Origin: the human T2T-CHM13v2.0 reference genome, Homo sapiens
Direction: 5' to 3' (one strand)
DNA: 64,000 bases
Assembly (NCBI RefSeq): GCF_009914755.1
Contig: NC_060937.1
This document shows, in pieces, positions 46,166-61,990 of this stretch (its first letter is position 1; each line of letters begins with the position of its first letter). Made by a program: the position numbers and the translations under genes. The notes below the pieces were generated by a model. The model made no database searches and was not told where the DNA came from. It saw nothing but the letters and a program-made list of their open reading frames with translations.

Positions 46166-48818
46166 AGACTGCCAAGGACCCTTTCTGGAAATTACTGAGG
46201 TTGGTATATCCTACACATACAGTTCATCCTATGAAATATAAGATGCAAGTCATCTTCTTAATGCACAGTGATGCTGCCAGCCTAGGGTGGGATTAGCCAC
46301 CACCACATCCTGGCCCAGACACACTAGTTCTACTCAGACCCTTCCTGTGCCCAGGCTTTAGCAGGGGCCAGAGGGCAGCAGCCATGTCTGGGAAGGGTCA
46401 GGAAGGGGAGGCTGGGCATGGCCTTAGGCACCAGGGAGTGGAAGAGCGGGTGGCTGAGAATCCTCCCCAGGGAAGTGGCAGGAGATAGGCCCTCCTGTGG
46501 ACTAAGGCTCCAAGAAACCAGCACGTGCTCCATTGCCTAATTAGACTTCATTTTAAAAACACAAATTCCAAGATAAAATGGAGAATTTCAAAACGACAAC
46601 CACAGAGCGTTACGGGGCCCTTGTGAGCATGAGGCCCTGTGAGACTGCACAGGTGGCATGTTCATGAAGCTGGCCCTGGCTGGGAATGTTGTGTGAAAGG
46701 TTATCCAGCCCAGCCTTTATCTGTTGCTTGGGTCTGTTTCTTGTTCTGAGTTCTTTCCTGCTTCAGTCTTTGGTTTTTGATGCATTATACTTCATCTTAA
46801 AACATTGCTTTCTTTTCCGTGTCAGTAATTACTTTAATAATTCCCTATGTCTGAAATCTTCCAGAGAAAAAGTAGAATAAATGTACTGCTAATTTTCAGG
46901 GATAGTGCATTGATATTCTTAATTTAAACAACAAAAAATATTGTTTCATTGACTTTAACTGGGTTGGATTAAATTTTGTCTCCACAATTCCCCACCCTTT
47001 GTTTTTATCCTCGAAGGCATGATTTAATTCTCCAAGGGATCTCTTTTGACTTACTAGTTTTCACGGTTTATTTTGAGTGTAAAATTAGAATATCACACTC
47101 GTTTGCAAGTCTGAGTCTGAGGAATGAGAATATTATAGGTTGATGCCCTACTTGGAAAAACACATTTCGAACCCCAAAGAGGTGGATATGAGTTTTTTTG
47201 TTGGTTGTTTGTATTTTTCAAGATTTGTGATAAATGGCAGAGCTCAAACCCAAATAATCCTACTGAAAACATTTTGGGCTCATATGGACTAATTCTTGTA
47301 AAGTCTGTCTTCTAGAAACTTATACTATATGATTTCTCAAAACAGGATCTTGAAATGATAACTTCTCATGGCATAGCTGGTACACTTTGTTCCTGACTTC
47401 AAAGAAAAATATAATCTTAAGATGTGTCCAATACCTCTTAAAATACACTCTGACTCATCTGTCAGACTCCAGGCCATGTATTCCACTGTAAATCTGATAT
47501 CTAAATACACAGGTTGAAGTCTCAGGGGATGTGAACTTGGTTAGAGTCGAACTCTACTTACAATATGCAATCGCCACTGGCTTTCTTTGTCTTTCTGAGA
47601 GATTTCTGGCTCATTCAACAAAACTGGGTTGGAAGTATTGGTGAAGAACTCATCAGCTCAAGCCATGTAAAAGGGAAAAGAGGGGGGAATGGACACCTTG
47701 AGGGCCAGTAAGACAGACATAAAGCGTATGCCCCTGGAGAGGGCTGTTTTCCATAAGCTGAATCAGGTCTAGAAGTAATTCTCTACTGCTCCCAGTCTCC
47801 ATTCACCCAGACATCCCAAAGAACACCTTGTTTCACTTACAGAGTGCATGGGAGGGGAAATGATGCAGTAGCTGAAATGATATGGCACTGGAAGGTCATG
47901 GTGACAGAAGGAGAAAGGGGGTTTCCAAAATGCTGGCTGGCATCCCCTCATTCAATGGTGTGCTGGAGAAGGCTTGTATTGGCTTAAGAGAACAGATTCT
48001 TAACTATATCGATTACCTGAAATTGGCCATGAAAATCACTGTGTACTACTAATCAAGTCTTGTCTGTACCCCCACCTCAAAGTTGACTGGCAGGTCACTG
48101 ATACTAAGCTTACATTGCCCTCTAGAAATGTTCTCTGGCTACCTCTGATTGCCTGTGGGAATTCCTTTTTGATGTTCTTGTGGCCCTTACCTCTATTTGT
48201 CATCATTATGTATCTACCTGCCCCCATTCATGGCCATAGAGGCCATAATGTCTACCATTCAGCAGATGCTTGACAAATGTCCCCTGTATCAATGGGCACA
48301 TAAAATGCATATTTTTCAGGTGCACATTAAAACTAAGAAAAGATCGATCTTTACTAACGGAATGTTTTTCTTTCCTTTTTTTGTTTATATAACATTTAAT
48401 GAGCTCCTATACTGTAATTTTAATAGGCCCTGGGGATTTACCAAGTAGCAAGGCATGCTTCTTTTATTAAAGAAGCACATAGTTTACTAAGGAAGACATA
48501 TATTGCTTTCTCTTTGTATTAATATGTCCTTTCATCTGTTTCTATGTGTTTTTTACATGTTTACATTAGTTGGTTTGCCAAGTTATGATGAAACTCCAAT
48601 ACATACAAGTTTATATACAGAAGAAGATCTGAAGGGCCACATACCAAAACATTAACAGTTTACCTCCGATGTGGAGATAAAATAGGGGAACATAATATTT
48701 TTTCTTTGTACTGTTTATACTGTTTGAATTTTTGAGTACATATTATTTTATACTTAAAATATCTAAGAAGAAATTTTAAAAACTTGTGCAGTTAATACAA
48801 ATTCAAGGATGTATGAAG

Positions 48819-49113
48819 CAGGGGTCGGGGCATGATGGAGTAGGGGGGATGTTTCAGGATGAAACTGTTCCACCTCAGATCATCAGGCATTAGTTAGATT
48901 CCCACAAGGACCATGCAACCTAGATCCCTCACATGCACAGTTCACAATAGGGCTCATGCTCCTATGAGAATCTAATGCCGCCACTGCTCTGACAGGAGGG
49001 AAAGCACAGGTGGTGATGCTCAGCGGCCCGCCATTTACCTCCTGCTGTGAGGCCTGTTTCCTAATAGGCCAGGGACTGGTATGAGTCAACCATCCGGGGG
49101 TTGGGGACCCCTG
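48819..49113. mobile_element. MER1B (hAT-Charlie) DNA transposon
   Basis: TIRs caggggtc...gacccctg; internal gatgaaactgttccacctcagatcatcaggcattag and ctcctatgagaatctaatgcc. Confidence 0.9.
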
Positions 49114-50334
49114 CTGTAGGTAATGAGAATTACCTGGAGAATTTTAACCGAAGGGTGATGAGATTCAATCTATATTTTTGGATGATAACAGATAAAATTG
49201 AGAACTAGGTTACACTGGTGAGAGGCAGACTGAGCTTAATGATATATTATCATTTGGTCTTTATATAACAAGACTGCTTCTCTACCTAGTTTTGGGTGGG
49301 AATAACTTGCACTGGAAGTTCCTAGGTTGTGGTACACAAGTCCTTAAGTGGCTATAAAAACAGACAGTCCAGACACTCAGTCTCTCCTTCTTTCAGCTCT
49401 AATGTCATTGCCCTCTTGTATCCTGGCATCAATTAAGTGTTGGCAAGGGATAAATTCAGTCTTGCTTTGAGTCATGTGGGTGGACAATGGTGGTGAATGG
49501 AAAAAAGCTCCTAGCAGAGGTTGGGCTTGCTGGAAATACAGAGATGGGAGTTCTCGGTTCCAAGAATAGTTAATGGTGTCAGGATATAGGCTACAAATTG
49601 TCATTTGAGGGTGGCCTGGCTTATACTTGGTGGCACTGGCTTCAAACCAACTGACCTTTGAGTTATAAAGACGTCAATTCCTTCATGTGGTGACTTTCAT
49701 AGGTGCTATCTCCTGTAGGGTAGGTTCAGGTGAAAATGAATGGAAGGTAGGTGAGAGTCCATGGGGTACCACCCACTGGATGTGAAGCACCCCACATGGA
49801 GTAAGGTGACTTGTTAGATCCCTCCAGCAGAAGAGGCAGGCAGGGAGGTGAAGCATGATTTGTGTATTGATTTGACTCTGCCTGCTTTTGTTGCTAAACA
49901 CTGCATGCTGTCCAGGAACATGGAAGTGGGGCTGGGTGAAACCTTCTGCTTTGACAGTCTTTTCCTGACTGGAGCAATCCTTAAAGGGAAGGTCACTTCC
50001 TGTCCATTGCTCAGTTAAGATCACTTTAGACCATAATAAAGTGAGGCCCTTGTTATCATCCATAGACATGGGTTTTGTTTTGTTTTTTCATTATATACCC
50101 AGCCAGGTGCTAGCACAGGCCTTCCCAGAAACAATGGGTCAGGACCAGTTCTAGTGTCTTCCACATCATAGAAATTAAACAACCACCTCATTTTCTGTTT
50201 CTAACTCAAATCTAGGGCCTGTCTACTGGCTTTAGGTCTTTCTACCTTGGTGATACCTGTAATTTGAACATTAATGCTCTCTGTCCCTGGGAGCTTGATT
50301 GGTATTATTCTAAAAAAATCTTCTCAACTCATGC

Positions 50335-50620
50335 ATTTATTCATTCAACAGGTACTGGATTTTTTGAGTGCTAATGTGAGTCAGACATTCTGTGAGACAT
50401 TAGGAATATAATAGTAAACAAAGAGAACCTTAGGCCTGCTGTAATGTTGCTTAAAGCCCAGGGTAGGATTGAAATACTAAATGAAGAATAACAATGTAAA
50501 TGCAAAGCCAAACTGTGATAAGGCAATGATGGAGTTCTACAAGGTAAAATTACATAAAAGAAGAATCGTCTAGTGAGGGAAGTCTGAGGAGGCTTCCCTC
50601 AGGAGGTGATAACCCCACCA
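50335..50620 (-). mobile_element. L2 fragment
   Basis: atttattcattcaaca..tgagtgct..gtcagacatt..; ggaggcttccctcaggaggtga. Confidence 0.6.
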
Positions 50621-53600
50621 AGCTCTTCCTTCAGGAGTAGAAGGGCCTAGGTTTCTGGGCAGGTTGATCTACTTCCTACTAGAAAGTGAAGCAATATTTC
50701 CCAGGTCACACTAAAAAATGGGAGGTAAAGGGGTCCCATCAGATTATAGTTCTAGTTCAATGGGGCTTACTCGCCCTTATTCACATTACTAAGGGATACT
50801 CAAGTGACTCTTTGAAGGACAAAAAGATAAGCTTCTCCAGAATAAAAAGAAAGCCAATAGCTATAGCCTGCTAAATGTATTAAAATGTCACTTAATATTT
50901 ATAGAATATCACTGAAGTGTAGAGTCCCTTCCTGACACCTACATCTTGTGGGGCCAAATAGCCATTTTCCACTTACTTTGGGTACTTTCCCCACTCTGAA
51001 GGTTCTGTTCTATAGCCAGCCTGCTAAAACCTGATTCCAATCACTTTTTCCAATTTTTCAGGGTCTCTTAGGATTTTTGAACAGCGGTTATTTCTTCTTT
51101 TCTTCTCACAAAGACACTTGCAATAAGTTGTCCATGACTAGAACTGATTCAGGTATTTAGTTATAATGTTGAAGAAATGTTGAAGTGTAAATATAGTAGT
51201 TAAGGGAAAAATTCTGCTTTCTGAAACTCCCAGGATGGAATTTCCAGCCATGAGCAGGGTACCATTTGGGATTTCTGGGTGGGGAGTCTGACAAGCTCAC
51301 TTCTCAGGAACAAAGAGCACTCGCCGCCTGGTAGTCGTTATTAACAGCTGTGTGACTGGGCCCCACGGCGACGTGTTGCAAACTTCTTTTCAGAATTTCC
51401 CCAGCTAAGAGGAGATTCATGAGTCAGAATGTTGGGAACTGCACAGGCAAGTACCTTGATTTTGAGGAAAATTTGTCTGGCTCGTGAATTATAAAAATAA
51501 ATAAGTGCCATATATTTAGAAAGAGGTACTGGATGTGTGGATTTGGAGAAATTGAAATGTATACAAATATACATACACCAACTCCTTCTTCTCCAAAGAG
51601 ACCCCCTCAAAATGATGGCTTCCAGAGCACATGAATAAAAATGATTGCAATGAGTTTAAAATACTTAACATTATTTTACAAATCATTAAATGCTGTACAA
51701 GTCATAACCCAGTGGACTCACAAATTAAACAGGGCTGACTGATAATAAAACAACAAATTAAGCAACACAGGGGAGTATCTGACTGTTGTTCAGAAATTAA
51801 CCAACTCTAACATGTAGGAGTAATTAAAATAATTCCAAAATAATGGAGCTTATTAATGTTGGAAACTGGAAGAGACAGTCCAATCGTATTTATTTAAAAT
51901 GCTTATACTTTGTACTTAAATTGTGTATTTTTTCATGTCTATTGTTTCTTGTGAGCATCATTACAACCTCTTTTTTTACATGTTGACATGAGTTTATTTC
52001 GTGGTTTTGATCACAAACAAAACATGTTCATCATGAGTTACTCAAAGAGGTATAAGGAGAGATATAAAATTAAAAGCAAAGTTCACAGGGAAATCCCAAC
52101 TGAGATAATTATTCTTAAGAATTTTGTCAACATCCTTGCAGACACTTCTAGGCATATATGCAGTAGATATCACTTAAATAATTTTGCGCTTGCTACAAGG
52201 TTAAGACATTGTAGTATATGCATAGTCAATCTCTTTTTCTCCTACTCTCTGGAAAGGAAATTTTGTCCACTTAGCATTTTCTTCTTTCTCCACCTTATTT
52301 TTCGGAGTATGGTAATCAGTGAAGAAAAAAAACAAAGGAAGAAGGAAGAGGGACAAAAGAGAAGTGGCTGATCTGTTTGAGTATCATTGTGATGTCTTTG
52401 GTTGAGAGTAGAAAAGCATATTGGGGAGGAGAAAGCCTTCAGGAGCTATTACAGTGTGAGAATTAGAGAACAAGATGAAAAAGGTGGGATACAGAGGCTA
52501 TTTTAAGATGTGGTGCTGTGGGTTAGGAATTGTAGGTTCTTTAATGTTTTCTGAAAATGGAGAGCCAAGGCTGAAATTACTCTGTAATGCCTTTTTGTTG
52601 CTGGGTTGTTTCTGTGAATGTGACACTGGGCTGAATTGAACCACAGTGAAATCTGGAATTTATTTGATTTGCACATAAATGGGATTATATCAACCATACT
52701 GCTTTGTAATTCCTTTTGTCTTGAAAATATGTGATGGAGCTTCTATTTGAGTCAACCAATATGAATTACATGATTCTTTTCAGTGGATGCATAAAGTCTC
52801 TTGTATGAATACCTCGTATCTTTTTGAACTAGTCTCATGTTGGTGGACATTTTGGTTGTTTCTAATTGTGATGAACATCTTGTGTATACTTGCATATTTA
52901 TGTAACTACCTCATTGGGATAGATTCTTGGATATAAATTTTCTGCATGAAATGGTATGTACGTTTTACATTTTATTACATAACACCAGCAAAAAGTCATG
53001 CTGATTTATATTCCTCTCACTGTATATTAAAGTCCCATATCCACAAAATCTCATTCTTATCATTTCTTATTAGTTGGTGAAGATTAGCACAATTTTGACA
53101 ACATATCTACAGTATACACATGAAGAAGCTGAAACCCAGAGAGATTGAGGGATTCTTGCCTAAGGTGTTAGAACTGATAGTTCTAGTTCATCGGCCTCTT
53201 TAGAGGTGTCATTGCCTGGAAGATCCAGATGATAATATGTCCATCAGGCCTTACAGAAACCACCCACAGGGAAAAGGAAGATACTTAAAACTGGCAAATG
53301 AAACAATTTCCAGTTCAATCCATCTGTGTAACAAGGGCATACACACCACTGTGACGAGATGATGTGTGTAAAAGTGCTTTGTAAATCACTGGAGATTGAG
53401 GCACTGTTTGGGAAAACAATTACCCCTTTCACCTGGATAATTAGGACTGTGTATTTAGCTAATAGACAGGAATTATAAATGTTTGCTGTTTGACCTTGCA
53501 TTTGAGTGTCATTTTTATCATCTGCAACTCGATAGCTAAATTCCTAGTAAATGAAGCATTTATTATAAAAAGTGCTGACACAGTACTAAATCTGGACCAC

Positions 53601-55571
53601 TTTTCCTTGTGATAGCCTGATGATTAAAGGCCAGAATGTCCAATTCTGTGCTGTCTCATAGCAAATGTACTATAGGCAGTGTTCTTCCGCTGTTAATCCG
53701 TGTCCCCAGGTTGCCTCTGACCTTGACCCAGGAGGCCTGTTGACTCCATGCTCATTTATACTCATTTTGTCTCTAGAAACACTGATCCAGACAGCTCTTT
53801 CTGAGTTTATTTTACTTGCTCCGGTCCTGCTAGACTCTTAAGGATTTCAGGCACCAGAACAGCTGTGTTTAACCTTGTCCATTAAGTCCTTACCCAAGAA
53901 ACCCGTCTGAATTGGTGATGTTTCTGAAAACACAAATGAGGCCAAATTACAAGTGGAGGAAGCATCTGGGTTAAAATAAACTGTCACCAGACAAAAGCTA
54001 TCTCCTTCCATTTTCTTTTTTTGTAAGAAAAACAGGTTACTAGCTATAATCTTATTCTTAGGTAAAATGTGCTGTTCTAGTCTTTTTAAAAGCACTTGCC
54101 TCAGAATTTCTACTCAGCAATAAGAAGAGGGGGCAGACCCCGTTATCTGCTTGTAGTAATAAAGATCCACATTTATCTTCTGCAGTTCTGGCTTTGGTAT
54201 TCTTACTTTGAACTGGAATAGCACAGGAAAAGTGGATTGAGGACCGCACAATTGGAGCATGACTTGTGTTGCCTGGTTACTGAGACTCTCCAGAGATTAG
54301 ATTGTCAGGGTACTTAGATGCACAGAAAAGCAAACAAACAAACCTCCTACCTTCCTGGTAATTCTTTTATGAGGACAGGGCAGCTTCTAAAATTGGAAAC
54401 CTAGATTAGGGGAGAAAATAGTTTCTATTAGCAGAAGAGGATGAATAGTAATTATCTTCAACGCTGTCAGGTGGCCTCACCATTTGTGAGTCATGGTCAG
54501 TGGGAAGTGGCCACACTCAGTATGAAGGGTTTCATGTTGCTTTAATTCTGGGGACCCTCAGATGATGCTGCACAGGCCTGCTGATCTTCAGAAGCTGCTC
54601 TACGCATCTGCAATAAAAGAGAAGACCTTCTAAGTCACTCACTGGTTTTGAAAGAAGTAACATAGAAGCAGGCTTTTAAGTATCCCTAAGGAGGGCACTA
54701 TAGGATTTGTATTGGAAATGGATCTGAAGACTTAGGAGAGACTAGAAGATTAGAAATGCAGAGAGGTCAATTTGCTTCCACCAGCTAGTTTATAACTAAG
54801 TGTTGGCCACATTATCTGCTTTTAGCTCTGTGTCTTCATTGCCCTTCTCAGTGTTCTTTTTCCCTAGGTCACAGAACGTTTTCCTGAATCGGATTCTGGG
54901 TTAAAGCTGCCAGTAGGAAGAATTCACATGAGATTTCAAAGGTGGAAGAGAAGGAGAAGGTGTTTTTTTCTTGCAACAGTTTGGCTGGGGAGCTGAGATC
55001 TTCACTGAGGGCTTCCTTTGGCTCCGGGTTCCCGTGGACAGGCAGCCGATGTCATCAGTGGTGGCTTCTCTGTGATCACTATACCACCAGGTCTCCTAAA
55101 GTGGCCTTCTTGACCTTTGCCTCCCCAGCTCTTTCAATGGTTATGTGAAACTCTAATTATGTACATTAAATATCTTTCAGCTCATAATACATAGAGTCAT
55201 TTCCCTCCCCACATATGGAGTAATTCTGAATGACATAAAGGCTTAAGCACGAAGGCCCAAAACCTTGGTCACCTATGTTGATAAATCTGAATTTTGATTA
55301 GCGCCAAATTATAGACCAATATATGTCTTACAGACGTTAAAAAACATATGGTATAATTTCATTTTTATAAAGTTCAAAAGCAAACTAATTTGTGATTTTA
55401 GAAGTAATGATGAGTGTTTATGTTTGGAAAAGGCTGAGCAGGGTGGGGACTTGATGGGCCATGAGAGAGGCTTGAGATGCTAGTAATACTTGATTTCTTC
55501 ATCAAGGTTGTGCTTAGATGGTTGAGTTCTTTTTGTGATAATTCATTAAGCGAGATCATCATAATATGCCA

Positions 55572-55877
<306 letters not shown>

Positions 55878-56822
55878 AATATGCCACGTTTCTTTATATA
55901 TATGTTAAAATTTAATAGAAAATTAATTTTAAAAAATTTAAGGCTGCTAGGAAATTTCATTTTCCTTGTGCCAATCCTAAAATGACAATTTAATTATTGA
56001 ATCCAATCTTACTCTTTGACAGATGATACAACTGAGACAGCAAGAGACTAAGTAACCTGCTCAATGTCAACCTTCAAGCCCAGTTTTCCATCCATTTATA
56101 ACCTGGTTTAATGTGAGAATTTTAAAAATCAATTTTCCTAGTTATCTTTTTTCCCCATTTTTTTTTCTATTTATAGTCAAATGGAAACAAACTTTGCATA
56201 AAAATAGATGGGAAGATTGACTCCAAGCTAATTTGTCATCTCAGGCATTACTTAAGAAATGTCAAAGTCTCTAGTGAAAAGATTTATGAGTAATATCGGT
56301 AAAGAATGTGCCAAACTTGCCAAGGTATTTAGCATTTAGGAGTAGGAAGCAGAAGAGCTGCTTCAGCAGTGATTTGGATGTGACTGTAAATCAAGCAAAA
56401 AAAGCCACATGTTGTAAAATGTCACCAAGAAAGGTAAGTTGGGTATTGCTTAAAAACTCACACCAGTTTTGTCCATTTGTCCATTTCCCACAGCTTCTGC
56501 TGCCATTGAGCCACCTAGGTAGTCATCCCTGAATTCCTCAGGCCTAAGAGGCCCATCAGCTTAGCATTACTTTGCCTGCTGTTCTTCCCCAGAGAATATG
56601 GGCTGACTGGTAAATGCCCCTCAAGTGAACCCTATGTTCCAGGGAGTTCCACCAAAGGAGGGCTACTTCCCCGGAGAGCTGAGGATTTTATAGTTAACAA
56701 AGGACAAGAAGGTTCTTTCTGCAGAGTGCTTCTCCCGGCTCCCCCCGGCCCCACCACCAGGGCCCAAATCTTAATATATTTTACGACATTCTAGGTCCAT
56801 TACAACACACACATGCTTGTAG

Positions 56823-57147
<325 letters not shown>

Positions 57148-58469
57148 AACCCATTACTTTCAAAAGTCAGCAATAGTGTGTGCTTTTGGCTTTTGCCTTT
57201 GCTTTCTCTGAACTTGCATCCAGCACAATTCAGAAAAGACAACTTTTCGCAATCTATTTTTTCGGTATACATGTGTTAAAATTTCACTATATGCCTGTCA
57301 GTGGGCTAAGTGCTGAGGACACATAATGAATAACAAACAGTCTCTGTCCCCAAGAAGTTCATGACTGGTTGCAGAACAGTCACACAAAATAATAGTTTAG
57401 CTTCAGGAATAAATTTTGGTGCCGCTAAAGCATATCATGTAGGTCCTAACTAAGAATTTTAAAATTCTGTTTTTTTGATAGTCTTTGCTGGTGACCTTCC
57501 AATATGAGACTTACTGCTATTTTGGATAAAATGATTTTTTTGAGAATTCCTCCTGCTTGACTTCATTTAACTGTACCAAATTTGGGCATCATTTGGGAGC
57601 ATCTCAAGTTCAGATGAAGAATAGAATATACATATAAGAAATAGGCTGAGACTTCTTATATGAAATTGATACTGACTAGAAGTCCTAGGAGTAGGGAATT
57701 TTATTGCAAGAAGCTAGAACTAAAACTGAGATTTGAAAAGAAATTTATAAAAACACTTCTATTTCTGAGCTGACCTTAAAATATATTTCATTGTGGGGTG
57801 TCCTAGAGTCCATCTCTGCTACCCGGCTCCATCCAGATGCTGCCCACAACCATCCTGGGACAGTCCAGGGTCTGGCAGAGGAAATCACATGGACTTCAAC
57901 CCAAAAAGCCATAGCCAGAAGGGCTGGGAGCCTCTTTTATTATGGGTAACACTGAGGAAATGGCCCAGATCACCCTTGAATTGTCACTGTGATGAAAGCA
58001 AGACTCTGTCCTGGACTTGTAGATACTACGAGGGCGGGGGCATGGATATGTTTTCCCTACCGGCATACAGTAAACTAGACTCCTTCCTTTGAGATACCTA
58101 TGAACTCTCAGAGAACCTAGAAAGTGGGACAAAGAAGAAATGGAGATTTGAAGTAGAATAGGCTGGATTTCTGAACATTTTGTGATGACGGGACTGTGAA
58201 ATCCTGACCATTGCACTTGGGGGATAAAGGGATAGCCTAGTTTTATCACAAACTTAGGAAGTTAAAAATAGTTACTAAAATTAGAAGGATAGCATATGTT
58301 CTTCAAAACTAGAACCTTAAGTGGTGGCTCAGTAATACTCTCAAGTTCCACTGCCACCTAAGCTTCATGTAAATATAGCTGCCTTAAAGGTATACCATCC
58401 TGTATTTCTTTGCCTGACAGCTTTGCTATTTTTCCACGATAAAATTGATACAGCACAGAATTGTCCATA

Positions 58470-58700
58470 CTGTTGGTCTAAAAGTCAAAAAACCTGGATC
58501 TAGCCCCAGTTTGACTTCTAGCCAGCAATGTGATACTAAGCAAGTTACTTAGCTTCATCTAAAGAGCTTGTTAAAAATTTAGGTGCCTGGGGCTCTAGAT
58601 ACACACTATTTGAATGGGAAATGTCATTGAAGAACACTGTTAATCTGTATATTTAACAAACACCTGGGTGATTCTTACTATCAAAGGACCACTAGATTTA
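58470..58700. mobile_element. MIR fragment adjoining a MER5-like DNA transposon
   Basis: MIR: gtcaaaaaacctggatctagcccc..caagttacttagc. MER5-like: gagcttgttaaaaa..aatctgtatatttaacaaacacctgggtgattct..accact. Confidence 0.55.
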
Positions 58701-60861
58701 ATACCTACGTTCTGCTAGTAGATATGTTCACCTTCCTAAAGAAAGGCACCAGAAATCTTTGTTAAATAACAGGACACCCAGAGGTCAAATAGTGGACTTT
58801 GCTTCCGTTGGTTGACATCGGAGTAGAGCAAATGTCATTTTCTTGCATCAGCTTCTTTAATAAATGGCCAATGACTTTCTGACAATAAACAATGGGGATT
58901 ATTTTTTAAATCTCACTTGGATTTGAAGTGAAAAAAACTTGAAGTCCTCCACAAATACATGTTTACCAAGTATCAATGTTTCAACAAACCATTGAGATTT
59001 AATTTGCACCTTAATATTATTCTTCCATGTCACAAACAGTTTAACCTGCAGATTTTTGTGGAAATGAGAATCTGAAACCCAGGATAGGGAGTGGGTGGGA
59101 GGCAATTTCACAGGGTCTAGCAGATAAATACTGGCATGTTAACCCACATTTGCAGTGTGAAGAAACATTATTCACTGAGGTTGAACTAAAAAACAGTATT
59201 ATTTCCCCACACATTTCTCCTGATCACTTTTCTGGAATGGTCATTTGTGCATCTTGTGCTGAGAGTGTGAATCCAAAGAATAGACTTTCTCTGCGGGTGA
59301 CTGAAAAAGGAAAGCGTGGCAATTGTCATAGGCACTTCCATCTAAGGAGACTGATAGCATTCTTTTCTGCTAAAGAAATAAGAAAAAAACAAGAGAAATA
59401 TGTAAAATTTATTGTTTTTAAGCTCACTTTGTCACATGCACACCTGTGCATGCCTATGTATGTGCTCACCCATGTGTGTATGAATGTGTTTGTGCACACT
59501 GCAAATGTGAACTAAGCTGAGGTTGGCCTCCTCCAGATTACAACAGGAGGCCTTGAGCATTCCCCACTTACCCTGGCAAGTGAGTGCATGAGGATGCAGG
59601 GCAATGCCTGGCAAATTGCCGCGTGCTCTTTTCCCTGATATTAGCCTGGCTGGTGTGCCAGGCCCTGGGGAAGTGCTGTTACAGGCACTGAAGGCTACCC
59701 CTGTGAAGCCTCTCAGGCTGATGGATGGGAGTGAGTCTCAAAGATCTGTCAATCCCGCCTGTCAGAAGCCTGCCAAATGAAAGATATGCCAGGCTGACTC
59801 AACAAAAAGCTCAGCATCACCCAGCAGAAATGGCTGCTGAAGGAAGTGAAGAAAGATAGAATGGTGGGGGGTTGGGGGTGGGGAGAGGACACCAATAGCT
59901 CTGGTTTTACATAGGAGGAACCTGTTTGACTTGTTAGGTCTGATTTCTGTGAACCCGCAGTTTTTCTTGGTGTCATCTTAATTATCTTCTGTGCAAAGAA
60001 AAAAAGGCAGTGAGTGGCAATAATTAATTTGCATTGTCAATTGATTTTTTTTTCTTTCTAGGAATTCTTCTCACTCAAAAGCCATATTATATAACCATCT
60101 GTTTTTCCCCAAAGATGAATTCTGTTAGGTTTATTCATTTCTGTCTCTTCAGAAGATATATTAACATTGCCAATATTGAGCATCTGTGTGTGTGAGAGCA
60201 GAGAGAGAGATTGAGGGAGAGATTTGGTGGTTTTTCCCTTTTTAAACAGTTTTGTGTCCCTTGACACCATTTCTCTTGCTTTCTGGTTTCCAAACTCCAG
60301 TGGCCATTCTCACTTAGGAACAGATGCTATGCAAAAATCAGAGCCCAAACGTATCTTACTCTGAGGCTTAGATGGGAAAGAGAACCTTTCTCAAGGTGAA
60401 GATGAGGAATTCATGCAAATCAAAATTTCAGAGAAAGAGGTCTGCGTTCTATTCTTGCTGGCACTATCCTTAGAAGGCACATGAGTTATCCGCTCAGTTT
60501 TTACTTCTTTTCTTAGAAAATGGAGAGAGTGGTGCATCCTCCCTTTTTGGGGGGAAAAAAGAGGCAAGAACAAAGGAACACAGTCATTTTCTGCTTTTCT
60601 ACTTTTCTGATTTTGTCTTTTTGCTTATTTCATTCTCTGATAAAGGACCAGTATTCTCACCTCCTTTATCCCTTTATTCAACAGTTTCTGCTAATTTCTG
60701 AATAGGCAAAGAAAGTATTTGCACATGTACAATCGAGGGCAGTGGGCATGCTCGGCAAGTACTTGGTCCATGGTGTTCTACTCCAAGACTGTCTTCTGGA
60801 GTAAGCTCTGTCCAAAGTTAGGAGGAGGGTGGCTGTTTGGAAAATGATATAAAAATTGGCT

Positions 60862-61990
60862 TACAAAAGCAATTGCAACAAAAGCAAAAATTGACAAATG
60901 GGATCTAATTAAACTAAAGAGCTCCTGCACAGCAAAACAAACTATCAACAGAGTGAACAGACAACCTATAGAATAGGAGAAAGTTTTTGCAAACTATGCA
61001 TCCAACAAAGGATCTAATATCCAACATCTATAAGGAACTTAAACAAATTTACAAGAAAAAAAGCCAAACAACTCCATTAAAAAGTGGGCAAGGATATAAA
61101 CACACTTTTCAAAAGAAGACATACATATGGTCAACAATCATTTTTTTAAAAAAGCTTAACATCACTAATCATTGGAGAAATGCAAATAAAAACCACAATG
61201 ATATATTATCTCATACCAAGCAGAATGGCTATTATTAAAAAATCAAAAAATATCATGCTGGTGAGGATGTGCAGGAAAAGGAACACTTATACACTGTTGG
61301 TGGAAGTGTAAACTAGTTCAACCATCGTGGAAGACAGTGTAGCGATTCCCCAAAGACCTAAAGAAAGAAATGACATTCCACCTAGCAATCCCATTACTGG
61401 GTATATACCCAAAGGAATATAAATTGTTCTGTGATAAAGACTCATGCATATGCTCACTTCAGCACTATTCACAATAACAAAGACATGGAGTCAACCTAAA
61501 TGCCCATTAGTGATAGTCTGGACAAAGAAGATGAGGTGCATATACACCATGGAATACTATGCAGCCATAAAAAGAATGAGATCGTGTCATTTGCAAAGAC
61601 ATGGATGGAACTGGAGGCCATTATCCGTAGCAAGCTAACACAGGAACAGAAAACCAAGTACAGCATGTTCTCACTTATAGGTTGGAGCTAAATGATGAGA
61701 ACACATGAACACATAGAGGGGAAATGTGTTCACCCAGCAGAAATGGCTGGGGAACAATACACACTGGGGTCTACTGGAGGGTGGAGAGTGAGAGGACGGA
61801 GAGGATCAGGAAAAATAATTAATGGTACTAGGCTTAACACCTGGATGATGAAATAATCTGTACAACAAACCCCCATGACACAAGTTTACCTGTGTAACAA
61901 ACCTGCACATGTACCCCTGAATATCAAATTACTAAGGAAGAGAAAAAAGTACCTGAATAAAAGGAGCAATACAAAAAGTAAAATAAAAAG
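60862..61990 (+). mobile_element. 5'-truncated L1PA/PB (ORF2 end plus 3'UTR)
   Basis: caaaagcaattgcaacaaaagcaaaaattgacaaatggg... to aacctgcacatgtacccctgaa, followed by an A-rich tail. Confidence 0.93.
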
